DNA of 64,000 nucleotides, taken from Macrostomum lignano. Taxonomy: Eukaryota. The position numbers were made by a program, and so were the translations under genes. The notes below the pieces were generated by a model. The model was not told the DNA's origin. It saw only the letters and a program-made list of their open reading frames with translations, and did no database searches. Positions 37,185 through 49,300 of this stretch are shown here, piece after piece. Numbering within the stretch: the stretch's first letter is position 1; each line of letters opens with the position of its first letter. Where the stretch lies: assembly GCA_002269645.1 (NCBI GenBank), contig NIVC01000371.1, forward strand, positions 248,001 through 312,000. Direction: 5' to 3'.

Positions 37185-37700
37185 ATGCACGAATTGTGCA
37201 TCAATGCATCCAGGAAACGGAAGCTGCTCGGCCCAGCTGAATCTGTGCCAACTGATAATAATATCGCAGATTTTTTCCCCGGTCTAATCGCTTCGGCTAA
37301 GCGACAGCGGCTGCCATTGCAGGACTGTCAGGAGCATAGCTGCCAGCTGCAGAGCCAGCACCACTTCCAGCACCAGCTCCAGCACCTGCAGCAGAAGGAA
37401 TTGGCCAGTGCTAGTCAGCAGCAGCACTCATCTGCCAGCACTGTGCCTAAGATATCTGACAGCGAGCTGGCCCAACCGTCCCCCGGCCTCATGTCGCCCC
37501 AGTGCCTGGCCCTGCTGCGCGACTTCGATTTGAACTGGGAATACGGGCCCTGCGTCGGGGTCAGCCGGCTGCAGCGCTGGGAGCGAGCGGCCTGCCGTGG
37601 CCTGGCGCCTCCGCCAGCCGTCCGCAGTCTGGTGCTGGCCCACGCTACAGATCCGCTGTTCACCGAGTGCATCTGGCTCACCTATGCCGGACTGTCGTAG
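37185..37700 (+). CDS. POLD4: DNA polymerase delta subunit 4 (p12)-like, 171 aa
   Basis: C-terminal LRDFDLNWEYGPCVGVSRLQRWERA..GLAPP is the p12 signature; N-terminal PIP-like IADFF. Acceptor ttccag at 37137 lies upstream of ATG 37185, so a 5' exon is possible. Confidence 0.9.
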   Translation: MHELCINASRKRKLLGPAESVPTDNNIADFFPGLIASAKRQRLPLQDCQEHSCQLQSQHHFQHQLQHLQQKELASASQQQHSSASTVPKISDSELAQPSPGLMSPQCLALLRDFDLNWEYGPCVGVSRLQRWERAACRGLAPPPAVRSLVLAHATDPLFTECIWLTYAGLS

Positions 37701-38349
37701 ATTTTCTTGTGTATTATACGTGTATAAATTTTATGTACCGGGGTGGGGTCTGCGTCAAGGGGGGGGGCATGTCTCGACCCTTCGCTAGGCTTTTGTGTCA
37801 TGTCATTCATTGCGCAGCAGTTGTTGTCACCTCAAAAAGCAACAAAATAATCGCAAGCTATGGTCTTCAGACAATGAAAACTGCCATTATAAAAAGCTTG
37901 AAAGCACTAAATTAAGCAAATAGTTTGTTTACAACAGAACAACAGAAATATATAAAATTTTCTTGCAAAACAGAACACATAATCAACATCAAAGTAGTCA
38001 TGATAATCATAATCAACATAATCAACATCAAAGTAGTCACCTATGTGATCATTGTAGCGAGTTCTCTGTATACGTGAACTCCGCCATAATGCATCGCGCT
38101 TGAAGTTTCCTGTTGGTCTGGCTGTCCTTTTGCTCAATTTCAGCAAGATCTGAAGCTGTGTGCGTCGCTTAGCATCCTATAAAATTGGAAAATTTTAAAT
38201 CTTTTTAACCACCGTTTAAAGCAGAAATTAAAGATTTTAAAGATTGTTCTCAGGTTTTTCTCCTCTTCAAAACTTACCGTCACAGTTCATCTTCTTGGGA
38301 TTTCAAGTCGAGGTGCTTTGGCCTAACATGCTGTGGCAACTATATGTTG

Positions 38350-39250
38350 AGTGACTCTGGCAGTACCACAACGGCTGGTGTCAGATCTCTGCATGGCTGC
38401 AAGATAGCTCCTGGCAAGAAGGTATAGTTTGTGCCATGGTGTGGTCGGACAGTCAGTTGCGCTTCAACTGCGACACAATCCAAGTAGGGTGGAGCCACTA
38501 GACTGTATTTTTTAACTTTTAGGTTGAAAAGCCGAACGTCAACTTGTCCAATTCGGAAGGTGAACGGCAGCATTGTCAAAATTCAACGTGGTTTTTGGCG
38601 TCTCATAAGTGCCGATGCATTCAAAAACTGAGCAGCCACCTTGAAAGAGTGATTCCCTGCTGTTCGTACTTTTTGCAGGAGTCTAAGCACATGCACCAGG
38701 AAGAAAAACGACCTGATAGTTTCATTTGGATCTAGCAGACACTGACATGTGCGCATAGCCCTTGCTCCAGTGTCCATTCGAGCTTCAGGCGCCTTATTCA
38801 TGCACCTGCAAAGAACACAATGAGCACGCTTCACTGCTCCAGGATGCACTTAATACAGGGCCAGCAGCGCCAGTCAGCTCGTTGGCACGTTTCGCAGAAA
38901 CTTATGACAGATTGCCTCGAGCTGATGGTGCAGCAGCGCAAGCAACTCCTTTGTACGCTTCATACTCTTTGAAAATGATGCATGTACGTCCTCACAAAAA
39001 ACCATGGTCTCCATGTTCTTCCCTTGTCGCTGTTGTCGATTCAATTCTCGCTGAAATGTGCAATGTGCAGCCTCCCACGTCAATGAGATTCTTGAGCTCA
39101 GGCGCTTGCTCTGAGGCATTGGACGACGCCCGAAAAGCTGCCGCGCATGACGTTACAGTTACGGAAGCAATTCCACTTGCGAAAACGTCAGATCATGAGA
39201 AAGTACACATTGACGAATTGTGTTGGCGCAACTTTCTCCATCCAAGCAAT
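38350..39250 (-). pseudogene. Heavily decayed hAT-like transposase fragment
   Basis: Minus-strand fragments PELKNLIDVGGCTLHI (resembles the recalled hAT LxDIGxCxLH motif) and KKYSLV..YLD, with many stops and frameshifts. Confidence 0.45.
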
Positions 39251-41126
39251 GCGCATCAACCTCTGGGTGATACGTGTATGATGACATCTCCAATTTGGGA
39301 TTAATACCTCGGTGATGGACCAGTTTTGACAATGGGGAAACTACCAGAGCTGTCCATTATTTAAGTTACTAAGTAAAAATAATCTGACTCACTGACACAG
39401 ATTGCCAGAGTCCAGTTGCCGTGACTCATGCTGAATGAAGAATCAGCCCATGCGTTCCTTATCTCTTTAATAATTAACAAGGCATTTTTGGCGCAGCGAC
39501 ATGTGAAATTGAATGAGCGTGCGATAGTAGAGTTTTACTACTACTATGAAGTAGTAACTATTCAATACAACACCATTTATAGATATATGGGTGAGATGGT
39601 ATTATTATTAAGCAGTGCTAAGTAATAAGTTAATTTAATATTCGAATTTATTGTGCAGCTAAGTATATGGGAACCAAATTTTGTGAGTTTTTGCTAACTT
39701 TTGTTAAATAAAATGCAGCTAAAACTTCAATTAAACGTTTGTTGTGAAATGGCTGTTTGAATACTATTTGTTATCGTATTGTTTTGTTTATCTATGTCGA
39801 TAAAGTTTTTCTTTTGGGCGTTCTTTGATATGTTAGCCGAACTTTTTAAAGTTTTTTTTTCAATGCTCACTTCTTTGATAGCTCGGTAGCACTACAGCAC
39901 TACTGACATCAGTAGTATATGCAATATTCTTAATAAAGGTCCTGAAAAGAAAATTTTTATCAACGACAAATTTTGAATTTTTAGCCCACGGACTTCAAGT
40001 TACAGTCAGTGAAAGGGCTTGAAAATGATCCAAAAAATAGTTTTTGTTTATTTACGATTTGTTTTATGTTTTGTTTTTTTCCAGCTTTTTTACTCAAGCG
40101 CCGGTTTTTTAAAGGGAAGGTGCGGATGCTAATGCGAGCTAGCAGCAATTGCTTGTGTTTACTGTTGTGTTTATATTTTACTGTTAAAAATAAAAAAATA
40201 GCACAATTGTTGTGTCAAGCAGCCCGATGTGTTTACTTGAAGCAAATGTACACCGAGTGTTGTTACAATTGTACATATCTGTATCTTAGAGCAACAAATG
40301 TATTCGTCGCCACTGTGTGTTTCATTTCTTTTGTTTTTAATTTAAGTTACGTATATTTGGGGAAAAGATTTAGTGATTAAATTTTTTATAGGAAACAAAC
40401 AAATAGTCAAATAATCCTATGGATACTACTTACGGCTTTTTTCGTTAAAGCCCTAAAATTTCTGCCACCTCTTTATTAACCAATTTTTGGCCTAATGCAT
40501 CATTTGCAGAATTTATTTCTGAAGTTTTCATGTTACATGCAAATCCATCCAACTTCATTTTGTAGTCTGTTATAATAATTATACCAGTGTTCTCATATAG
40601 TAAATAGATCGTTTCTATGCCTACACACTGACACGGCATTCGTATCCACGTTTAATAAATACTGTTGCTTTCGTGTCGCCTTCTAAGTATTTTCTAAGCG
40701 GATGTTTAAACTTAGTTTAAAAATCGGACGAAAAAAAATGGGAGAAATCTAAAACTGGATGCCTTCACTCAAACCCTTATCTATGCTCAAACCTGGGAAA
40801 GTAATGCGTTTCTCCTTTGTTGTAGAAATTCCAAGTCAAAACCTAAGATGATCTTAACAGGAGAAAATATAATATAGAGATTAAACAGACAAAATGTTTC
40901 AAGCAGTGCAGTGCTGAGAGCTGTTCCATTTAGAGAGAAAATACATCGGATGCTACTTACCGATATGTTGTGTAAGAAATATAATAGACCAGATACGAGC
41001 GTAATTGGCTAGTGTTTAGTTAACGTTGAAATAAGGGAGAATAGGTTAAAAGTAATTGATTTAATTTAAAAAAAAACTATTTACCGGAAATTGAAGCATT
41101 TCGGATGTCGAGAAAAAACTCGCAAC

Positions 41127-41132
41127 AAAAAA
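41127..41132 (-). terminator. RNA polymerase III T6 terminator of tRNA-Leu
   Basis: TTTTTT on the minus strand, 5 nt downstream of the tRNA 3' end. Confidence 0.8.
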
Positions 41133-41136
41133 TTTC

Positions 41137-41216
41137 TGGCAGCGGTGGGATTCGAACCCACGCCCTTTCGGACTGGTGCCTTAAACCAGCGCCTTAGACC
41201 GCTCGGCCACGCTACC
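41137..41216 (-). tRNA. tRNA-Leu (AAG)
   Basis: GGTAGCGTGGCCGAGCGGTCTAAGGCGCTGGTTTAAGGCACCAGTCCGAAAGGGCGTGGGTTCGAATCCCACCGCTGCCA. Complete cloverleaf, anticodon loop TTAAGGC, long variable arm, A and B boxes. Confidence 0.97.
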
Positions 41217-41680
41217 TTATTATCATATGGATCACAACAGCTAGATAAACCTGCATGGAATAGTTTCTAGAAGTGAAATCTAGAAGCGTGTCTGCGTGAT
41301 CACTATGGCGCTTCTACGTTGAAGGATTTTTGTAGCATGCTACTCGGTCAACGAAAGAGGAAAGCCATGGAGCCTTTGTATAATAAATAATACAATGAGA
41401 GCCGAGTTGCACTGGATACTTCAACGAAGGTGAGTACCCGTGACGGGAAGGGTAGTGGATTGCATCATGCAGAATCTGTTCCATCTAGCATTGAAGAGAA
41501 ACTCTGGTCTGAAGATGTGCTTGCATGCATGGTACTGATAGTGGTGAGGTCCGTGATTTGGGGTGTCGGTGTGGAGTTTTGCGGAAAGCCAACCGCGTGA
41601 TTGTCTACTAAATTTGATTGAGCTTATCTGTTACACTTACGACCCATTCATTGACTCACTTTCAACTTTTTGAGCAAAAA

Positions 41681-42273
41681 ATGTTTCCTACATCGGACCA
41701 TAGACTAATTTGGCCGGACCAAATAGATGTTTCCTACATCGGACCATAGACTAATTTGGCCGGCCAAATAGATGTTTCCTACATCGGACCATAGACTAAT
41801 TTGGCCGGGCCAAATAGATGTTTCCTACATCGGACCATAGACTAATTTGGCCGGACCAAATAGATGTTTCCTACATCGGACCATAGACTAATTTGGCCGG
41901 CCAAAAGATGATTCCCTAAATAGATGTTTTGGCCTACATCGGACCATAGACCATAACTAATTGGCCGGACCAAATAGATGTTTCCTAATCGGACCATAGA
42001 CTAATTTGTAGATTCCTACATCGTACCAAAGACCTAATTTGGCCGGACCAAATAGATGTTTCCTACATCGGACCATAGACTAATTTGGCCGGACCAAATA
42101 ATATTTTCCTACATCGGACCATAGACTAATTTGGCCGGACCAAATAGATGTTTCCTACATCGGACCATAGACTAATTTGGCCGGACCAAATAGATGTTTC
42201 CTACATCTAGACTAATTTGGCCGGGCCAAATTGTTTCCTACATCGGACCATAGACTAATTTGGCCGGGCCAAA
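41681..42273. repeat. 46-bp minisatellite (TGTTTCCTACATCGGACCATAGACTAATTTGGCCGGACCAAATAGA), ~13 units
   Basis: Tandem units with an internal inverted repeat ATTTGG-CCGGA-CCAAAT. Central units are indel-damaged. Confidence 0.95.
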
Positions 42274-43100
42274 AGGGGTATAAAGATTCTTAGTGGTCCT
42301 AAATTCACAGACACTTACGAGAAGGGCGATGAAATTTTGGTTAGACGTAGCTGTCACGGCATCTGTACTCTGTAAAATTGAAAGTAAACCAAGACGTTGC
42401 CGAAATGAAACCATGCTTCTATGTAATAATAATATATTATAGTAGTGTTAATAATAATAATGTCATAGAATCTTAGTAATAAAGTCGGGTATATTTTATT
42501 TGAGAGATCACTAAACAATCCTATCTGTAATTTTTCAATTTCCAAAAAGTTCTTGTCAAAAGACACAATACATTCAACAGCTAAATAAAAGAAAAAGCTT
42601 AGAAAAAAGCGGTCCACAAGAGTTCTGGGCCTCCAAGACAAGACTCAAGAGCTGTTAAGAGAGAAAAAATCATTTGAGCACACAACCTAATTGGGCGGAT
42701 TTGTATCTGTTTAAAGTAACTGTCATTAGAAGTAGACAAAATCTAACGCTGGAAGACATGGAGATTACAATCAGAGCATAACAAATGTGCACCAATAAAA
42801 TTTGTGTTCACAAAAAGAAAACTGTAGCGCGGAAGACAATGCAATTCAATAGTAGAAGGGTTTGAGTAAACAGAAATTGTGTAAATGAAAAATAAATAGC
42901 CATTGAGTATTATTTAACTACTTGTAGTAGTACGAATGAGGCAAGACAAGAAATTTACCCACACGTCGAAAAAAGATTAACAAGCAGATGAATTAAAAAT
43001 TATCATAATTGAAGCGGCACACAGTGTAACAAAGCGTCTTATATTTCGTATATGAATAAAATAATGAGATAATGAGTGCTTAAGAGGACCTTCTGTGCTG

Positions 43101-43274
43101 GTGAGAGGACCCTGGTAGTGTTTAAGATGGTCCTGACTGAGTGAGAGGACCCTGGTAGTGTTTAAGATGGTCCTGACTGAGTGAGAGGACCCTGGTAGTG
43201 TTTAAGATGGTCCTGACTGAGTGAGAGGACCCTGGTAGTGTTTAAGATGGTCCTGACTGAGTGAGAGGACCCTA
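43101..43274. repeat. 40-bp tandem repeat, 4 perfect units plus a partial
   Basis: GTGAGAGGACCCTGGTAGTGTTTAAGATGGTCCTGACTGA at 43101, 43141, 43181 and 43221. Confidence 0.97.
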
Positions 43275-43334
43275 GCAGAGCTTAGGACGGTTTAGGTCCC
43301 CAACATGCTTAGGTAACGCAGGCCCCAGACCAGG

Positions 43335-46300
43335 TCACATGACGGCCTCTGGGTCAGAGTCGGACTCCCGGCCCGATGGCAGCAGCCGCAATGGCTGGTA
43401 GCGCGACTTGCCAGCCTTCTCGCGTCGGCGACGTCGGCAGCGCATGCGGCAGCACTGGACAAGCAGGCAGAGGTTCAGCAGCAGGCTCAGCGACAGCACG
43501 GCTGTCAGGCCGACTAGGGCGACGTTGATGCTGCCGAGATTGCGCAGGCGCTGTTGAATTGACCGGAGCAGGCTGCTCTCTGATTGGCCAGGGCGGTGGG
43601 GGTGAACGAACTTTTGTTTGACAAATAAATCAGACGATTTTAAAGATCTAAATTAGCAACGGAACATCAAAGGTCAAATTTGGCGCCGGAACATCAAAGG
43701 TCAAGTTTGACACCGGAACATCAAAGGTCATTTGGCAAACATCAAAGGTCGTAACGGTCCCATTTGGCGCCGGAACATCCATCAGGAGAATCCATAAGGT
43801 ATCCTAGATACAAAATATCTATTTACGAGTAGGGAGACTTCAGTAACACACAAAAGTTGAGTCACTATTAAAACAAATAACGAGTACATCACATGCATTC
43901 GAACAGGTGGGCACTCGCAGTCTGCGAGTGAAAAGATCGCAAAGAGAGACAGACGATTTAAACATTTGCAGAGTAGATAGTGAGTGCAGACCAAACAGGT
44001 GAAAAACAGGGGGTCTTACCGGGCTAGGAATTTGCGCTTGTTTTACTTTTGCAACTATTGCAGAGCTGTCGTATAGCATTAGACTGAAATACTGACAGTT
44101 GATGGACAGACAGACGCAAAGAGACAATGTGAGCTAAGCAAGGGAGAATGAGTCAGTAAGAAAGACAATGAGAGTCAGTCACAGGGAGAGAAATGAGAAT
44201 CAGAGAGAGAACAAGAGTCAGTCAGAGAGAGAGTGAGAGTCAGTCACAGAGAGAGTGAGAGTCAGTCAGAGAGAGAATGAGAGTCAGTCACAGAGAGAGT
44301 GAGAGTCAGTCAGAGAGAGAATGAGACTCAGTCACAGAGAGAGAATGAGTCAGCCAGAGAGAGAATGAGAGTCAGCTTATTCTCACATAGAGAATAAGAA
44401 TCAGACATGGAAAATCAGACAGGGAGAATCAGACAGGGAGAATCAGACAGGGAGAATCAGACAGGGAGAATCAGACAGGGAGAATCAGACAGGGAGAATC
44501 AGACAGGGAGAATCAGACAGGGAGAATCAGACAGGGAGAATCAGACAGGGAGTATCAGACACGGAAAATCAGAAGAGGGAGAGTCAGACACGGAGAATCA
44601 GACAAGGAGAGTCAGACACGGAGAATCAGACAAGGAGAGTCAGACACGGAGAATCAGACAAGGAGAGTCAGACACGGAGAATCAGACATGGAAAATCAGA
44701 CAGGGAGAATCAGACAGGGAGAATCAGACAGGGAGAATCAGACACGGAAAATCAGAACAGGGAGAGTCAGACACGGAGAATCAGACAAGGAGAGTCAGAC
44801 ACGGAGAATCAGACAAGGAGAGTCAGACACGGAGAATCAGACAAGGAGAGTCAGACACGGAGAATCAGACAAGGAGAGTCAGACACGGAGAATCAGACAT
44901 GGAAAATCAGACAGGGAGAATCAGACAGGGAGAATCAGACAGGGAGAATCAGACACGGAGAGTCAGACACGGAGAATCAGCTCACCATTCTTGGCCAGGT
45001 CGGAGACGCCGGCGCAGGTGCCATTGGCGGGATTGCAGGCCACGGACTCGCCGCCGCCGCAGACGCAGACCCTGGCGCAGTCCTGGCCGTAGAAGCCGGC
45101 CGGACAGGGCAGCTCGCACAGCGAGCCGGTGAACCCCGGCCGGCACCGGCAGGCCTCGCTGTCCGGCTGCTGGCAGACGCCGCCGTTGAGGCACAGACAA
45201 CGCGCCTGGCGCATCCGGGACCTTCAAAATACGGCGACAGACGCAGCGGCCGCTAGAGTCGCAGCGACCGCCGATTTCGCTGCACGCCGCGCCGTCGGAG
45301 TCGCGGCAGGCGACGGCCAGATCGACAATTTTATCAGCACCACCGGAGCCGGCGGCGGGGGTAGCAGCGGCGTCAGCAAGGCGCGACGACGACGGAGTTG
45401 GCAACGGCTGCTGGCGTCGGCTGATGCACAGGACGGCGGCAGCCGGGCGAAGACAGGCAAACGGAGGCGAAGAGGAGCCGCCGCCGCCGCTGTCAAAGCA
45501 GAAAATTTAGAAGTAATAGAGTCTCCAGCCTTTCAGACTGTCAACGATAGAAGATAGAAAATATTCAACCATTCTACCAGAAGGTGCCGATTTTACAGCG
45601 CTAAGTGCATCCAGTGCGCCTGACCGCTTTCAAGCTTTCAAGAGACCCCACAGTTGCTAGGCATTTAAAGTCACTAACCAGACAGCAGTCGGGCTGCCAA
45701 TCAGAGTGCCGTTGACCATCAGGCCTGCAGCGTCTCCGGCTTCAAGGCTGACCGCATGTTTCCATGCCCAGACGGAGCAGCAGGTCCGCGAAGTCGCTTA
45801 GCGATAAACTGAAGTTGGTTTGCAAAGACTCGTGTACATAGATTTAGTCGCTATTCTCATGGTGAGATTTAGTCACGATTCTCATGGTGAGATTTAGTCA
45901 CGATTCTCATTGGTGTGAGATTTAGTCACGATTCTCATGGTGAGATTTAGTCACGATTCTCATTGGTGAGATTTAGTCACGATTCTCATGGTGAGATTTA
46001 GTCACGATTCTCATAGGTGAGATTTAGTCACGATTCTCATGGTGAGATTTAGTCACGATTCTCATGGTGAGATTTAGACACGATTCTCATGGTGAGATTT
46101 AGACACGATTCTCATTAGGTGAGATTTAGACACGATTCTCCTTAGGTGAGATTTAGACACGATTCTCATTAGGGTGAGATTTAGACACGATTCTCATAGG
46201 TGAGATTTAGACAGGGAGAGTCAGACACGGATAATCAGACAGGGAGAGTCAGACACGAAAAATCAGACAGGGAGAGTCAGACACGGAGAGTCAGACACGG

Positions 46301-49300
46301 AGAGTCAGACACGAAAAATCAGACAGGGAGAGTCAGACACGAAAAATCAGACGGAGAGTCAGACACGGAGAGTCAGACACGGAGAATCAGACAGGGAGAG
46401 TCAGACACAGAGAGTCAGACAGGGAGAGTCAGACACGGAGAGTCAGACACGGAGAGTCAGACACGGAGAGTCAGACACGGAGAATCAGCTCACCATTCTT
46501 GGCCAGGTCGGAGACGCCGGCGCAGGTGCCATTGGCGGGATTGCAGGCCACGGACTCGCCGCCGCCGCAGACGCAGACCCTGGCGCAGTCCTGGCCGTAG
46601 AAGCCGGCCGGACAGGGCAGCTCGCACAGCGAGCCGGTGAACCCCGGCCGGCACCGACAGGCTCGCTGTCCGCTGCTGGCAGACGCGCGCGCCGCCGTTG
46701 AGGCACAGACAACGCCGCCTGGCGCATCCGGGACCTTCAAAATACGGCCGACAGACGCAGCGGCCGCTAGAGTCGCAGCGACCGCCGATTTCGCTGCACG
46801 CCGCGCCGTCGGAGTCGCGGCAGGCGACGGCCAGATCGACAATTTTATCAGCACCGGAGCCGGCGGCGGCGGGTAGCAGCGGCGTCAGCAAGGCGCGACG
46901 ACGACGGAGTTGGCAACTGCTGCTGGCGTCGGCTGATGCACAGGACGGCGGCAGCCGGGCGAAGACAGGCAAACTGAGGCGAAGAGGAGCCGCCGCCGCC
47001 GCTGTCAAAGCAGAAGATTTAGAAGTAATAGAGTCTCCAGCCTTTCAGACTGTCAACGATAGAAGATAGAAAATATTCAACGATTCTACCAGAAGGTGCC
47101 GATTTTTACCCCATAAGCGCTAAGTGCATCCAGTGCGCTTGACCGCTTTCAAGCTTTCAAGAGACCCCACAGTTGCTAGGCATTTAATGTCACTAACCAG
47201 ACAGCAGTCGGGCTGCCAATCAGAGTGCCGTTGACCATCAGGCCTGCAGCGTCTCCGGCTTCAAGGCTGACCGCATGTTCCATGCCCAGACGGAGCAGCA
47301 GGTCCGCGAAGTCGCTTAGCGATAAACTGAAATTGGTTTGCAAAGACTCGTGTACATAGATTTAGACACGATTCTCATGGTGAGATTTAGTCACGATTCT
47401 CATGGTGAGATTTAGTCACGATTCTCATGGTGAGATTTAGTCACGATTCTCATGGTGAGATTTAGTCACGATTCTCATGGTGAGATTTAGTCACGATTCT
47501 CATATGGTGAGATTTAGACACGATTCTCATTAGGTGAGATTTAGACACGATTCTCACGGTGAGATTTAGTCACGATTCTCATTAGGTGAGATTTAGACAC
47601 GATTCTCATTAGGTGAGATTCAGACACGATTCTCATATGGTGAGATTTAGACACGATTCTCATTAGGTGAGATTTAGACACGATTCTCATTAGGTGAGAT
47701 TTAGACACGATTCTCAATAGGTGAGATTTAGTCACGATTCGCATTAGGTGAGATTTAGACACGATTCTCATGGTGAGATTTAGTCACGATTCGCATTAGG
47801 TGAGATTTAGACACGATTCTCAATAGGTGAGATTTAGACACGATTCTCATATGGTGAGATTTAGACACGATTCTCATTAGGTGAGATTTAGACACGATTC
47901 TCATTAGGTGAGATTTAGACACGATTCTCATGGTGAGATTTAGACACGATTCTCATTAGGTGAGATTTAGACACGATTCTCATTAGGTGAGATTTAGTCA
48001 CGATTCGCATTAGGTGAGATTTAGACTCGATTCTCATTAGGTGAGATTTAGACACGATTCTCATTAGGTGAGATTTAGACACGATTCTCATTAGGTGAGA
48101 TTTAGACACAATTCTCATGGTGAGATTTAGACACGATTCTCAAAGTAATTTTTTTAAAAATTATAAAAGAACATAGCAACACACCCGGCCAAGCCAGGCC
48201 TGCCGACAATGTGCACCAGGGAAAGCTCGCCAGCTCGATTCTGACCAATCGCCGAGCGAGATGAAGGCGCTTTTGCGGCTGCGGCCGCTGCAGCCGCTTC
48301 TCCATCGTCGGGGTGGCCCGCTGAGCGAGAGCAAGCCTCTAGGCGAAGACTGGCAGATGCAAACTGGAGGCAGAAGTAAAACAAATCAATTTAAATAGCT
48401 ACTCAAAATGTACATTGGCTATATAATGTAAATAACTGTATTCGAACTCACATTTTTGCCATCCCGAACAAGCCAGCCCTGACCGCCAATTAGCTGTTTG
48501 AATCGGTTCAATTCTGTCGGTTTTGAGTCCGGGTATCTGCGCGATTAGGGAGTATTGCGTAATCAGTTGAGACCATGCTTGGGCGCAACCTAGGGATTCA
48601 CCCGGCCGTTTCTATTGGCAACACACACATGTAAGTCGCTATTGGACGGAATAGTAGTCACGACTGCTCTCAGCCAATAGCGACTTACATGTGTGTGTTG
48701 CCAATAGAAACGGCCGGGTGATTCCCAAGGTTGCGCACTTGAGACACTTGGATATCCGTTACCAGAGTTGGCAGAGATTATGACACAAAAAACCTAGCTG
48801 CTAGATATTGGTTGAGTCTGGGTTTTATCTGATATCAATTTTCTGAAGCTTCAAGTTATCGATTGTCCTAAGGGGGGTGCTTTTAGATTAGAGGCAGGGG
48901 GCTGTGTGCCGGACTTTCAGCGACTTTGTCACAACCGGCGAGGGCATTACTGCCGATTCCACCGACTCCCCTGAGCTGAAACCCTATCGATTCAGGGTGT
49001 TAGGAATCGATAAAGGCTGTTAGATTTCGATTGAGGATGTTGGATATTGATTTAGGATGTTAGATAACGACTGAGGGTGCTAGATATTGATTGGGGGTGT
49101 CAGACATCGATTAAGGGTGTTAGACGTCGATTAAGAGGTGTTAGACATCGATTAAGGGGTGTTAGACATCGATTAAGGGCGTTAGACATCGATTAAGGGG
49201 TGTTAGACATCGATTAAGGGCGTTAGACATCGATTAAGGGGTGTTAGACATCGATCAAGGGGCGTTAGACATCGATCAAGGGGTGTTAAATATCGATTTA

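Noticed and set aside
45855-48142. CRISPR-like appearance of the 24-27-bp partially palindromic repeats and of the 46-bp array at 41.7 kb
   Set aside because: Units are head-to-tail without unique spacers, the context is eukaryotic intron or intergenic DNA, and no cas genes are present.
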